In this document: positions 10,661 to 20,512 of the stretch, piece after piece
How the letters are laid out: the number at the start of each line of letters is the position of its first letter
Numbering within the stretch: the first letter of the stretch is position 1
DNA from: Waddliaceae bacterium
GTDB lineage: Bacteria; Chlamydiota; Chlamydiia; Chlamydiales; SLFE01
DNA: 47,496 bases
Direction: 5' to 3'
Assembly (NCBI GenBank): GCA_963783885.1
Contig: CAWAPJ010000022.1
Location: forward strand, 1 to 47,496
The notes under the pieces: model-generated
Databases searched by the model: none
Seen by the model: only the letters and a program-made list of their open reading frames with translations
What the model was told of the DNA's origin: nothing
Made by a program: the position numbers and the translations under genes

Positions 10661-11125
10661 TTATAAATCCGCAAATGGATGATACCCCTCTTCAATATCG
10701 GAGGCTTCTGTTTTAAAATATTTTGTATACTCTTTTCGCTTCGGACATTTTCCTCCGGAGCATTCATGGGCCGTCGGAAGCTTCAGAATAATTTCTTCCC
10801 TGACGACTTGGCTGAAATCAAATATAGCTCCCTTGATGTCCTCTAAAGGAATGACCTCGTAGAGATTATCCAGGACTATTTCAACCGGAGACATCTCATT
10901 GCAGATCGAGCAGGGAACAAGAGCCTCTGTCTTGACGGATAAATGGAGGACAAGCTCCCCTTCTCCTTCGGCAATATAGGCCTCTCCGGTGATTCCGACC
11001 GGTTTTTCAAATTTTAATTCACTTTCATTGATTCCGATAAAATCGGATGGAAAAACATCCTTGATTTTATGAACTTTCCCTTGGGAAAGCCGGTCAATAT
11101 AAATTTTAAAAGCATCAGTATACAT
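10661..11125 (-). CDS. yceD: DUF177/YceD family protein
   Basis: PCSICNE, VREEIILKLP, C-terminal HPFADL; lies upstream of rpmF. Confidence 0.85.
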   Translation of the reverse strand: MYTDAFKIYIDRLSQGKVHKIKDVFPSDFIGINESELKFEKPVGITGEAYIAEGEGELVLHLSVKTEALVPCSICNEMSPVEIVLDNLYEVIPLEDIKGAIFDFSQVVREEIILKLPTAHECSGGKCPKRKEYTKYFKTEASDIEEGYHPFADL

Positions 11126-11182
11126 TAACGAGGGTAATTATAGCGTCTCAAACGTTTTTTTTCCAGCAGGATTTTTTACTTA

Positions 11183-11324
11183 GAATGTGAATGTTTTTCC
11201 GAGGGGCATCAGGATGGCTCGGATTTTGCAAATCACGACGAATTAATATCAAAAAAATATTAATGAGGAGTGATTTGCGTAAGACGGGTCTTTCTGATAG
11301 GTCATAGGAAAAACATTCACATCA
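11183..11324. mobile_element. 142-bp palindromic MITE-like element
   Basis: Perfect 16-bp inverted repeat ATGTGAATGTTTTTCC (11185-11200 / 11307-11322). Nested inner arms GCAAATCAC/GTGATTTGC and ATTAATAT/ATATTAAT. Flanked by TTA at 11180-11182 and 11325-11327. Confidence 0.7.
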
Positions 11325-11417
11325 TTAATGGCTCGATTAGGCTATGATGGCAAAATTACTGGTTTTCTGCTATTATATAAGCTATAATTTAGATTACCAA
11401 ATTTAGGACCACATTGT

Positions 11418-12953
11418 ATGAAAGAGCTACTTTTAAATGTTGAACCCCGTGAAATCCGCCTTGCCCACCTCCTCAACGGACAATTGTTCGATTTGAATGT
11501 CGAGAGAAAAAGCAAAAGGCGCCTGACCGGCAATATCTACCTGGGCAAAGTGACCAATATTCTTCATAATATCCAGTCGGCTTTCATCGACATCGATGAA
11601 AGCGAAAACGGATTTATCCATATTACTGACATTATTGAGAATACGAAAACGCTTAAGCAGAGATACGATCTCGATTTTGAGCTGGAATATGATATTCAGC
11701 AGCAGGGCGAAGAGAATCAGGATGTCGATATCGAAGAGGTTCTGAAAAAAGACCAGACAGTCCTTGTCCAGGTCGTCAAAGAGCCGATCGGAACGAAGGG
11801 GGCCCGCCTGACGTCCAATATTTCGATCGCCGGCCGGTATCTGGTTCTTCTTCCCAACTCCAATCATCGGGGCGTTTCCCGAAAGATCGAAGACCGCGCC
11901 GTGCGCGAGAGGCTGAAAAAACTGATCCGCTCCTTCGAGATGCCCCAAAAAATGGGGCTGATCTGCCGTACTGCCAGCCGGATGGCTACAGAAGAGATGC
12001 TGATCGACGAGGCGCATGAGCTTCTCTCCAACTGGCAGGCCATTATAGAAAAATTCCAGAAATCAAACGAACCATGCCTCCTTTTCGAAGAATCCGACAT
12101 GATCAAAAAAGCTGTGGAAACCGCTGTCGATAAACGTTTCGACCGCATGCTCATCGACGACTACCACACCTACCAGGTGTGCAAAACTCTTTATAATAAA
12201 TATCGCGGGGAACACCCTCTCCGGATCGAATTCTATCGAGACAAAGTCCCTATGTTCGAGCGGTTTAACGTCGAAAAAGAAATAGAAAAATCCTTGAGAA
12301 GAAAGATTTGGCTTCCCCATGGAGGCTATATCTTTTTCGAAAGGACCGAGGCGATGTACACCGTTGATGTCAACTCCGGCCGCAGCTCTTCGGGAGAGAC
12401 CGATGTGGAAGAGTCTCTTGTGAGAATCAACCTGGAAGCGGCCGAGGAGATTGCCAGGCAGCTTCGGCTGAGAAATGTCGGCGGATTAATCGTGATCGAC
12501 TTTATCGACATGCGCCTCCGCCGCAGTCAAAGGCGTGTTTTAGACAAACTCAAAGAGTGTATGAAAGAAGATTCGGCCAAATGCCGCATTTTGGGAATGA
12601 GTGAATTCGGACTGGTGGAAATGACCCGGCAAAGAAGCCGCGGCTCACTCAGGCAGCTGCTCTATACCAGCTGTCCCTACTGCCAGGGCAATGGAGTGAT
12701 CAAGTCCAACGAAAGCGTGGCGATAGAAATTGAGAGAGCTCTGAAAAAAATCATCCTCTATCATCAACAGTACGGAATCAAACTTCAACTCCACCCTGTT
12801 CTTTATGAATATCTTAACAAAGAAGACCTGCCTCATCTTCTGAAAATTGCCGAAGACAATAACGCCCGCCTTGAATGGGAGGTCTCCGATGAAATGCATT
12901 TAAACGACTATCATTTCATCTCCACAACAAGCAATGAACTAATCGATGCATAA
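11418..12953 (+). CDS. rng: Rne/Rng family ribonuclease (RNase G/E, CafA)
   Basis: S1 domain GNIYLGKVTNI..QSAFIDI, plus VQVVKEPIGTKGARLT, TVDVNSG, IARQLRLRNVGGLIVIDFIDM and the CPYC Zn-link. Confidence 0.93.
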   Translation: MKELLLNVEPREIRLAHLLNGQLFDLNVERKSKRRLTGNIYLGKVTNILHNIQSAFIDIDESENGFIHITDIIENTKTLKQRYDLDFELEYDIQQQGEENQDVDIEEVLKKDQTVLVQVVKEPIGTKGARLTSNISIAGRYLVLLPNSNHRGVSRKIEDRAVRERLKKLIRSFEMPQKMGLICRTASRMATEEMLIDEAHELLSNWQAIIEKFQKSNEPCLLFEESDMIKKAVETAVDKRFDRMLIDDYHTYQVCKTLYNKYRGEHPLRIEFYRDKVPMFERFNVEKEIEKSLRRKIWLPHGGYIFFERTEAMYTVDVNSGRSSSGETDVEESLVRINLEAAEEIARQLRLRNVGGLIVIDFIDMRLRRSQRRVLDKLKECMKEDSAKCRILGMSEFGLVEMTRQRSRGSLRQLLYTSCPYCQGNGVIKSNESVAIEIERALKKIILYHQQYGIKLQLHPVLYEYLNKEDLPHLLKIAEDNNARLEWEVSDEMHLNDYHFISTTSNELIDA

Positions 12954-13932
12954 GAAATTTTACGAAAATCTGGAGAGTCTAAAGGGGCGGATCCCAGAGA
13001 GATTCCTGACCCTTATGCGCGAGTGCTATGAGAATTATCGAACAGCTGTTTACACGTCCGAAGAGTCATGGGCCTCGAAGGAAAAAGTCTTTTGCACCTA
13101 CCTCGATCTTGTGGAAAAACAAGTCAATGAACCCTATGACTTTGAACCTTTCCACAAAAAAATCACAAAACCCATCGATTACGAAGCGTTCAGTATAGAT
13201 TTCATGGAACCCTTGATAGTCTTGGAGCAGTCGACTGTCCGGGGAGAAAAGAATCTGGAAACAATCGAAAACCTGATTGCGTCAGGCAGCAACGCGATCC
13301 TATTTTCCAACCATCAAACTGAACCCGATCCGCAAATCATCTCAGTACTTCTTCGGAAAAATCATCCCGAACTCGTAAAAAATATGATCTTCATTGCCGG
13401 AGACCGCGTTGTGACAGACCCGATGGCCGTCCCCTTCAGCATGGGATGCAATCTGATCTGCATTTATTCCAAGAAGCATATCGAAACCCCTCCTGAGCTT
13501 AAAGAAGAGAAATTAAAGCATAATCAACGAACAATGAAGATCTTTCGCAAACTTCTCAGCGAAGGGGGCAAGTGCGTTTGGGTCGCCCCCAGCGGAGGGA
13601 GGGACAGACCAGCAAAAAACGGGGTTGTCGAAGCGGCTCCTTTCGATCCTCAAAGCATTGAAATGCTTTACCTAATGGCCAAAAAGGCAGATAGACCAAC
13701 GCATTTTTTCCCTCTTTCGCTCAGCACCTATAATATTCTTCCGCCCCCTAACAGCGTCGATCAGGAACTCGGAGAACAACGAAAAACCAAACGGTTCCCC
13801 GCGCACCTGGCTTTCGGAGAGGAAATCGACATGGAATCCTTTCCCGGAAGCGAAGAGATTGGTAAAAAAATCAAACGCCAAAATAGAGCCGAGTTTATTT
13901 GGTCGCTGGTCAAAAACCTCATTTCGTCATAG
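12946..13932 (+). CDS. plsB: Glycerol-3-phosphate acyltransferase, soluble plastid/chlamydial type (CT807-like)
   Basis: NHQTEPDP (HX4D), AGDRVVTDPMAVPFSMGCNLICIYSKKH and WVAPSGGRDRP, typical of the plastid-type GPAT. Confidence 0.88.
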   Translation: MHKKFYENLESLKGRIPERFLTLMRECYENYRTAVYTSEESWASKEKVFCTYLDLVEKQVNEPYDFEPFHKKITKPIDYEAFSIDFMEPLIVLEQSTVRGEKNLETIENLIASGSNAILFSNHQTEPDPQIISVLLRKNHPELVKNMIFIAGDRVVTDPMAVPFSMGCNLICIYSKKHIETPPELKEEKLKHNQRTMKIFRKLLSEGGKCVWVAPSGGRDRPAKNGVVEAAPFDPQSIEMLYLMAKKADRPTHFFPLSLSTYNILPPPNSVDQELGEQRKTKRFPAHLAFGEEIDMESFPGSEEIGKKIKRQNRAEFIWSLVKNLISS

Positions 13933-13965
13933 ATCATTAAAATATAATGTATATAATTGATTCAT

Positions 13966-16821
13966 ATGAAGAATTTTTTGCTTATCGTCTTACTGTTTTT
14001 TTTCGGCAGCCTGTCGTCTTATGAAATACTTAAGGATGAAAACCATCTGCCTCCCGTTGCCTCATCCGAGGCAAAAACTCTTAAGATCAGACTGAAAAAT
14101 GATTTAGAAGCCTATCTCATTTCCGATCCCCGCGCCAAAAAATCAGCCGCCATTTTGTCTGTCAATGTTGGGAGCTGGCAGGATCCGAAAGCGCACCCGG
14201 GACTGGCCCACTTTCTTGAGCATATGCTCTTTATGGGAACGAAGAAATATCCTAAGGAAGCAGGTTTTTCCGAGTTCATCAAAACCCATGGAGGACAAAA
14301 CAACGCCTTCACTGAAGACCAGTACACGTCTTATGTCTTTGATGTCGACACTTCCGCCTTTTCTGAGGCGCTGGACCGCTTTTCCCAATTTTTTATCTCT
14401 CCCCTTTTCAAATCCTCAGCCCTCAGCAGAGAAGTGAACGCCGTAGAGCAAGAGTTTGCCGGAAAGAGCCAGCTAAATATAGCCAGAAGGCTCATGATCT
14501 ATAAAAAGTATGGACACGCCGGCCATCCTTTTAAACGCTTCAATTTCGGCAATGCCGAATCACTTAAAGGCGTCGGCCACAAAGAGCTTCAGGAGTGGTT
14601 CGATAAACACTACAGCGCGAATCAGATGCGCCTTGTCGTTCTCTCGCCCCTTCCCCTCGATGAGCTGGCTTCCCTCGTCGACAAATATTTCTCACCGATT
14701 AAAAACAAGCACACTGTGAAACCGAAGTATTCCACCCCGCTTTTTTCGCAGGACCTGAAGGGAAAGATGCTCTTTGTCCAGCCCCTGGAAGACAAGCGTT
14801 CGCTGATGCTGCTTTGGGAACTTCCTCCAAAATTTGCCAAGTCTCTGGAAACGAAGCCTCAGGATCTTCTCTGCTGGATATTGGGGCAGGAAGGTAAAAA
14901 CAGCCTTCTCGGAGAATTGCGCAAACAGGGGCTGGCGCTGGAACTCGATTGCGGAGCTACTCAATGGGACGGGGACAATATGATCTTCATGCTCGGTTTG
15001 GATTTAACCGACAAAGGGGTGCGGAATGTCGATGATGTGGTCGATCAAATTTACGAAACTTTCGCCACAATCAAAGACAAGGGAGTCCCCCGCTACATTT
15101 TCGACGACATCAATGCCATACAGACTCTTAAATACCGCTATCCCGAAAACGATACCTCTTATAAGGAGGTCATCAGCCAGTCGAAAAAAATGCGGCTGGA
15201 AAATCTGGCAACGTACCCGGAAAAATCGACAATTATTGAAAAGTTCGATCCGCAGCTGGTCCAGCAGCTTCTGGACCATTTAACCCCTCAAAATATGATC
15301 ATGGACCTTCTGGCAAGCCCCTTGCTCACTCATGTTCACTTTGACCAAACGGAAAAGTGGATGGGGACGAAATACGCAATTAAGAGTATCCCCAAAGATC
15401 TCATGAAAGAGTGGAGCGAGGCAAAAGATCATCCGACGGTTAAGATACCTCCTCCCAATCCCTACATCCCAAAGAATTTGGCTTTGCAAAAGAAAGAGAG
15501 CCGAACGGTCATTGAAAATGAACAGGGCAAACTCTACCTCATACCAGACAACTATTACAAGGTTCCCAAAATCAGCTGGACAATACATATCAAAACACCC
15601 GCCATCAATGTCGGAAGGCCCGAATCGGTAGTGCTGGCCGATCTTTGGATCAGAAGCATCAAAAAGGCGCTTTCCCCTTACAGCTTTGAGGCTAAGCTCG
15701 CCGGGCTCGATTATGACCTCGACATCGAAGATAACGGGATCAAGATCACCCTGTACGGGTATAGCGAAAATGCTCCGCGACTGCTAAAAGATATTCTGGC
15801 AGCCGCCAAAAAACTCAATCTTGATGAACAAAAGTTTGAAGAATATAAAAGAGCGCTCCAGCAGCACTACCGCAATTACAACTTCAAATCCCCTTATTTG
15901 CAAGGACTGGATCTTGTCAAAGAGATCATCTATAAACGCTTCACATCTTTTGCCGAAAAGCAAATCGCCGCAGAAGCCTTAACTGATGACAGTTTCAAAA
16001 AATTTTCCCAAAACATTTTTGATAAAACCTATATCGAAGCAGTCTTTTACGGCAATATCGACCTCGATTCTTCGAAAAAAGTCTGGGAAAATCTGCTAGC
16101 TCTATCCTCAGCTCCCTATCCAAAAAAGGACCGGCTCGAAAAAGAAGTCGGGATCCTTCCTGAGGGTTCCGGGCCGTATTATCTCGAAAAATCGATCAAT
16201 ACAAAAGGGAACGCCTTGATTCTTCTGATAGAAAACCCCGATTTTTCGTTCAAAAACTACGGAGCTCAAGGAATTCTCTCTGAAATGATGAGCACTCCCT
16301 TTTTTGATGAACTCAGAACCAAACAGCAAACCGCCTATATAATCGGGAACCTGGAAGAAGAGATACAGAGAGTTTTCTTCCAGTTTTTCGTTTTGGAATC
16401 CTACTCCTACGACCCCCGCGACTTGCTGGCACGTCTGGAGCTTTTTATCGAAGTGTTTGCTCGCTCGCTACGCCATAAGGAAGAGATGAAAGAACGGTTT
16501 GAATCGACTAAGGGAGCTTTGATCAACAAACTGAAAACCCCTCCAGAAAGTTTGAAAGAAAAAGGAAAGCAGCTTGCCGAAATCGTCTTTAAACACCGCG
16601 GAGATTTTGACTGGATTCAAAAGCGGATTGAAGGACTTCAATCCTTAAGCTTTGAAGAATTTATCGACTATGCAGAAAAAACCCTCTCCAAAAACAACAA
16701 AAGGCGGCTCGCCGCTCTGATGGAAGGGCACGAAAACAACCTTATTTTACAATATACCGAAGCCCAAAACCCGGCTTTCCTCCGCGCAAAAACGACCTAT
16801 ATTCCGGACAAAGAGCAATGA
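13966..16821 (+). CDS. ptr: Insulinase/pitrilysin family (M16A) zinc metallopeptidase, secreted (CT806/Ptr-like)
   Basis: Signal peptide, GLAHFLEHMLFMGTKKYP (HXXEH), NAFT and FFDELRTKQQTAY. Confidence 0.9.
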   Translation: MKNFLLIVLLFFFGSLSSYEILKDENHLPPVASSEAKTLKIRLKNDLEAYLISDPRAKKSAAILSVNVGSWQDPKAHPGLAHFLEHMLFMGTKKYPKEAGFSEFIKTHGGQNNAFTEDQYTSYVFDVDTSAFSEALDRFSQFFISPLFKSSALSREVNAVEQEFAGKSQLNIARRLMIYKKYGHAGHPFKRFNFGNAESLKGVGHKELQEWFDKHYSANQMRLVVLSPLPLDELASLVDKYFSPIKNKHTVKPKYSTPLFSQDLKGKMLFVQPLEDKRSLMLLWELPPKFAKSLETKPQDLLCWILGQEGKNSLLGELRKQGLALELDCGATQWDGDNMIFMLGLDLTDKGVRNVDDVVDQIYETFATIKDKGVPRYIFDDINAIQTLKYRYPENDTSYKEVISQSKKMRLENLATYPEKSTIIEKFDPQLVQQLLDHLTPQNMIMDLLASPLLTHVHFDQTEKWMGTKYAIKSIPKDLMKEWSEAKDHPTVKIPPPNPYIPKNLALQKKESRTVIENEQGKLYLIPDNYYKVPKISWTIHIKTPAINVGRPESVVLADLWIRSIKKALSPYSFEAKLAGLDYDLDIEDNGIKITLYGYSENAPRLLKDILAAAKKLNLDEQKFEEYKRALQQHYRNYNFKSPYLQGLDLVKEIIYKRFTSFAEKQIAAEALTDDSFKKFSQNIFDKTYIEAVFYGNIDLDSSKKVWENLLALSSAPYPKKDRLEKEVGILPEGSGPYYLEKSINTKGNALILLIENPDFSFKNYGAQGILSEMMSTPFFDELRTKQQTAYIIGNLEEEIQRVFFQFFVLESYSYDPRDLLARLELFIEVFARSLRHKEEMKERFESTKGALINKLKTPPESLKEKGKQLAEIVFKHRGDFDWIQKRIEGLQSLSFEEFIDYAEKTLSKNNKRRLAALMEGHENNLILQYTEAQNPAFLRAKTTYIPDKEQ

Positions 16822-18077
16822 TTGCACTGGCGACATTTATAGTCTGCTATATTTTCTTTGTCCTCATCGGAAAAAAAAGATCTTTGATCGCGCTGCTCGG
16901 CGCACTAGTTTTGCTTATATCACGGGCTATTTCCCCGTTGGATGCCCTGAATTTTGTTCAGTGGAACGTCATCGGACTTTTTTTCGGCACCCTGATACTC
17001 GCCGAACTTTTTATGCAATCCCATATGCCGGCAGTGATGGCCGAATGGGTTGTCGACAAGACAAATACGGCCAGAGGAGCGATCATTGCGATTACGGTTC
17101 TATCAAGCGCCCTGTCTATCTTCGTTGAAAATGTCGCAGTGGTTCTTATCGTTGCCCCAGTGGCGCTGAAACTTTGCGAAAAAATAGGGCTGTCTGCTGT
17201 CAAACCCCTCATCTTTCTCGCGATTTTCTCGAATATTCAAGGAACCGCGACATTGATCGGCGACCCTCCCAGCATGATCCTGGCCGGTTATCTCAAAATG
17301 AACTTCATCGAGTTTTTCATCTATAAGGGAAAGATCAGCATTTTCTTTTTTGTTCAGGCCGGAGCGCTTGCCGCTCTTTTGTTTGCCTTCTGGCTGATGC
17401 GCCGTCATAAGGAAAAAACTGAAATCATCCCCATTGAAAAAGCGCGCTCTCTCATTCCCTCCTTCTTTCTAATTCTGCTTGTCATCCTCCTTTCGTTTGC
17501 GTCGTTGATCGATCCCGATTTTCTCTGGTTTGCCGGCACAGCGTCAATGGCGCTGGCAGCTGTCGGACTCATCTGGTATGAACTCGGACCTAGGTGGACG
17601 TCCGTCAAAGACCTGATCATTCAGCTTGACTTTGAGACGACAATTTTTTTGATCTGCGTTTTTATCCTTGTTGGAGCGCTCATCGATGCCGGGTGGATCT
17701 CAGCTCTTTCACAGGGCATATCGACCTATCTTTCCGGACACCTTCTCTGGACTTACGTGCTCATCATCGCGTTTTCGGTAGCGATATCCGCCTTCGTTGA
17801 CAATGTGCCCTATCTGCTTGCAATGATCCCTGTAGTGCAGAATATCGCCACCGATATCAGCGCCCCCCTCCCACTCCTGATGTTTGCGCTTCTCATCGGT
17901 TCGTGCCTAGGCGGCAATATTACACCTATCGGCGCTTCTGCCAACATCGTCGCCATGGGCATGCTCAAAAAACATGGCCACGTGGCGACATTCACCACCT
18001 TCACCCGTCTTGGCCTTGTCCTGACACTTGCCGCAGTGATTGCCTCCAGCATTTTCCTCTGGTTCATCTGGGCTTGA
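16818..18077 (+). CDS. ArsB/NhaD/SLC13-type (IT superfamily) membrane transporter
   Basis: About 11-12 hydrophobic segments, with SNIQGTATLIGDPPS, SAFVDNVP and LGGNITPIGASAN. Confidence 0.88.
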   Translation: MIALATFIVCYIFFVLIGKKRSLIALLGALVLLISRAISPLDALNFVQWNVIGLFFGTLILAELFMQSHMPAVMAEWVVDKTNTARGAIIAITVLSSALSIFVENVAVVLIVAPVALKLCEKIGLSAVKPLIFLAIFSNIQGTATLIGDPPSMILAGYLKMNFIEFFIYKGKISIFFFVQAGALAALLFAFWLMRRHKEKTEIIPIEKARSLIPSFFLILLVILLSFASLIDPDFLWFAGTASMALAAVGLIWYELGPRWTSVKDLIIQLDFETTIFLICVFILVGALIDAGWISALSQGISTYLSGHLLWTYVLIIAFSVAISAFVDNVPYLLAMIPVVQNIATDISAPLPLLMFALLIGSCLGGNITPIGASANIVAMGMLKKHGHVATFTTFTRLGLVLTLAAVIASSIFLWFIWA

Positions 18078-19449
18078 AGCAATCATAAAATGCAGAATAA
18101 CTTTTAAAACAACGATTGTAATAGCAAAGGGTGAGGTTTGGATGGATACTAAACAATTTCTTAACTTGTCTAAACGATATCTTCCTATGCTCCAAATCAA
18201 GAAAATCCAGTTTAGGAAAAGTCGCAGCCATTTCCAGAAGATCTTTGGTTGGAAAATAATGGTAATTCGCCAGCCGTATAATTGGAGGATTTTCAGTTTT
18301 ATTGATAGCTTCGTAAAGAGAGCTCATCTTAATCTCTGCTGCCATAATATCTTTGATATTGAGTTTTAAAACCTGCAATGATGGCTGATTAAAAAGGTCG
18401 ATCCACCTCTTTGCTGACACGCTAGATATGGGATTGCAAAGCAAGATCCTAAGATTTGGACAAAGCTTCATAATCAAGCTGAGCATGTCATCCGTAAGCC
18501 AGGCCGTTCTTCCGATATCCAGAGAATCAATTGAGAACAAAGGGTTGATGTATGCCAGCGTCTTGAGATTGTTGAGAGTCAGAGGACGCCGATAGGTCAC
18601 CGAAAGCCCGCACCTATTTACTTGAATTTTCAAAAGAGAGCTGTTCTCAATGAGCCATTCAATGCCAAGCCAGGCTAACGATTTGGACATGATGAGCGTT
18701 TGACAGAGGGATAAAAATTGCAAGACCCCCTCTTCTTTCACCCTATCAAAATTAGGCAGTACATTATATTCAACAAAACTGTGGATCAACCCGAAGACTT
18801 TGGGATCAACCCCCGGAAGGTCGAAATGGTTTATTCTCGTATCTTGATTCAAAAAATCTCTGCACTGGTCTAACAGAAGAATCCGATGAAACTCAAAAGT
18901 ATCGGATCCAACCTGAACCAGAACTTTGCCGGGATTATCAAATACTTTGTAACTTGCCCGGACAATAGCCCTGAGTTCCTTAAGCGAATACTTTCCCTCC
19001 CTGGAACATTCTTCAATTTTACTATAGCCTTGCCTAAGAGAACCCGAATGCAAACCATTCCCTCTTTTGCATCCATAGAGAAACACAGCTGCCAATTCCA
19101 TGGGATCTTCTATCAAATCGGGGCGTTGAAGCCTTTCCAGCAACATTATCTCGAACAGATTGCGATTTTTTTCAATGAGATTATCAAGATCCCCTTGCAG
19201 GGTTAAGCAGTTGCTCCTAAAAGACTCGTATTTTCTGACAGATTTTGACCCCAAGCACTTAAATATTTGAAAAATCAAAAGACATTTCGGACTTGCCTCT
19301 TTATTGAGATACCAAACATGATCCTTAATATTCTGCAGTTGATAGATGTTCTTTTTACAGATCAGAAGGGATGAATGCGCATTCCAATCAGGATCGTATT
19401 GATCGTATTCCACTTTGAGTAAATTCAGCTCATTCTGCGCTTGTATCAT
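18064..19449 (-). CDS. Hypothetical protein with BTB/POZ-like and LRR-like segments (candidate effector)
   Basis: VLVQVGSDTFEFHRILL...DLPGVDPKVFGLIHSFV is BTB-like. LDIGRTAWLTDDMLSLIMKLCPNLRIL and FPKLDFLDL resemble cysteine-containing LRRs. Confidence 0.55.
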   Translation of the reverse strand: MIQAQNELNLLKVEYDQYDPDWNAHSSLLICKKNIYQLQNIKDHVWYLNKEASPKCLLIFQIFKCLGSKSVRKYESFRSNCLTLQGDLDNLIEKNRNLFEIMLLERLQRPDLIEDPMELAAVFLYGCKRGNGLHSGSLRQGYSKIEECSREGKYSLKELRAIVRASYKVFDNPGKVLVQVGSDTFEFHRILLLDQCRDFLNQDTRINHFDLPGVDPKVFGLIHSFVEYNVLPNFDRVKEEGVLQFLSLCQTLIMSKSLAWLGIEWLIENSSLLKIQVNRCGLSVTYRRPLTLNNLKTLAYINPLFSIDSLDIGRTAWLTDDMLSLIMKLCPNLRILLCNPISSVSAKRWIDLFNQPSLQVLKLNIKDIMAAEIKMSSLYEAINKTENPPIIRLANYHYFPTKDLLEMAATFPKLDFLDLEHRKISFRQVKKLFSIHPNLTLCYYNRCFKSYSAFYDCFKPR

Positions 19450-19469
19450 AAAATTTCACAATACCAATT

Positions 19470-20444
19470 TTAAAATTGGCGGCCAATAACAAGCCCCCCG
19501 CCGTAGCGAAACGAGTTCTTCTTGGTGATGCGGGCAGGCCCGTCATTGTCTTCCCGGGGATTGTAAATCCCCGGAACATAGCTTAAGTAATCGACAAAGG
19601 CCTCTGCGCCGATATGATATTCGCACCACTCCCACAAGATCGCGCCGCGAAGGCCCCCTCGGTAGGCGACCTCGCATACACTCTTTTTATCCAGATGAAT
19701 TGTCGGAAAGCCAATCTGCCCCCAGTTCTGAACACCATCAATTTCAGTACAGGCGCGGTAGATACCGAAGAAAGGGACGGCTGTGAAAACCCAGCATTGA
19801 CAAAACCGTTTGGAAATCCCCAGCTCTAAATTGACGCCGTGATACGTGGTATCTAGCGACTCGTGAATGGTTCCGTTATCCAAATCGGCGAGCGCGAAAT
19901 TGACAAGCTGACTCTCAAATGTCTGATTCTGACTGATGAAGCCATAGCCAACGGCAGGATAAAGGGTAATGCCATCGCACCAAGCGTATGTGGTGGCAAT
20001 CAGAGCGTTTGCGCGTATCTCTTCATTGCAAAAATGAAAATAGTTGGTTTGTTCCTCGGGAATCGTCCCACCGATGCCTCCCCCATTAATCGCAAATAAT
20101 TGTATGAGGCCATTCCCATCTATGTTTTTTTTCCCTTTAAAACCGCAATTAAAATAGGATACAGTTCCCATCACCCTGACAGGATCGCAGCGTTTGAAGG
20201 GACGCCCCGTCCATCCGACGGCCCCGCTCCACTGATCCGTCAAACAATTTGTATCCCAAACCACAGCTGACGTATCATCGGAATCGACAAGCCCGTAAAA
20301 ACCTATTTCGGGATTTTCTACCAGAACCCCTTCAACAGCTCCATCGGCAAAAAAACCGCATTCAGCGTAGGGATAATAGAGAGGAAGAGATTTCAGATTC
20401 CCGAATACTAAGAGAACGATAATTGAAAAAAAAAGCGATTTCAT
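19470..20444 (-). CDS. Putative Cys-rich outer-membrane beta-barrel protein
   Basis: Signal peptide, amphipathic Gly/aromatic-rich strands, C-terminal YGGGLVIGRQF ending in Phe, and many cysteines. Confidence 0.6.
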   Translation of the reverse strand: MKSLFFSIIVLLVFGNLKSLPLYYPYAECGFFADGAVEGVLVENPEIGFYGLVDSDDTSAVVWDTNCLTDQWSGAVGWTGRPFKRCDPVRVMGTVSYFNCGFKGKKNIDGNGLIQLFAINGGGIGGTIPEEQTNYFHFCNEEIRANALIATTYAWCDGITLYPAVGYGFISQNQTFESQLVNFALADLDNGTIHESLDTTYHGVNLELGISKRFCQCWVFTAVPFFGIYRACTEIDGVQNWGQIGFPTIHLDKKSVCEVAYRGGLRGAILWEWCEYHIGAEAFVDYLSYVPGIYNPREDNDGPARITKKNSFRYGGGLVIGRQF

Positions 20445-20512
20445 TCTAGACTCCTACTAACAACAAGTTTTCCTTTATAAAGCATTTTGCTTTTTTACAG
20501 TAGGTCCCTGAA

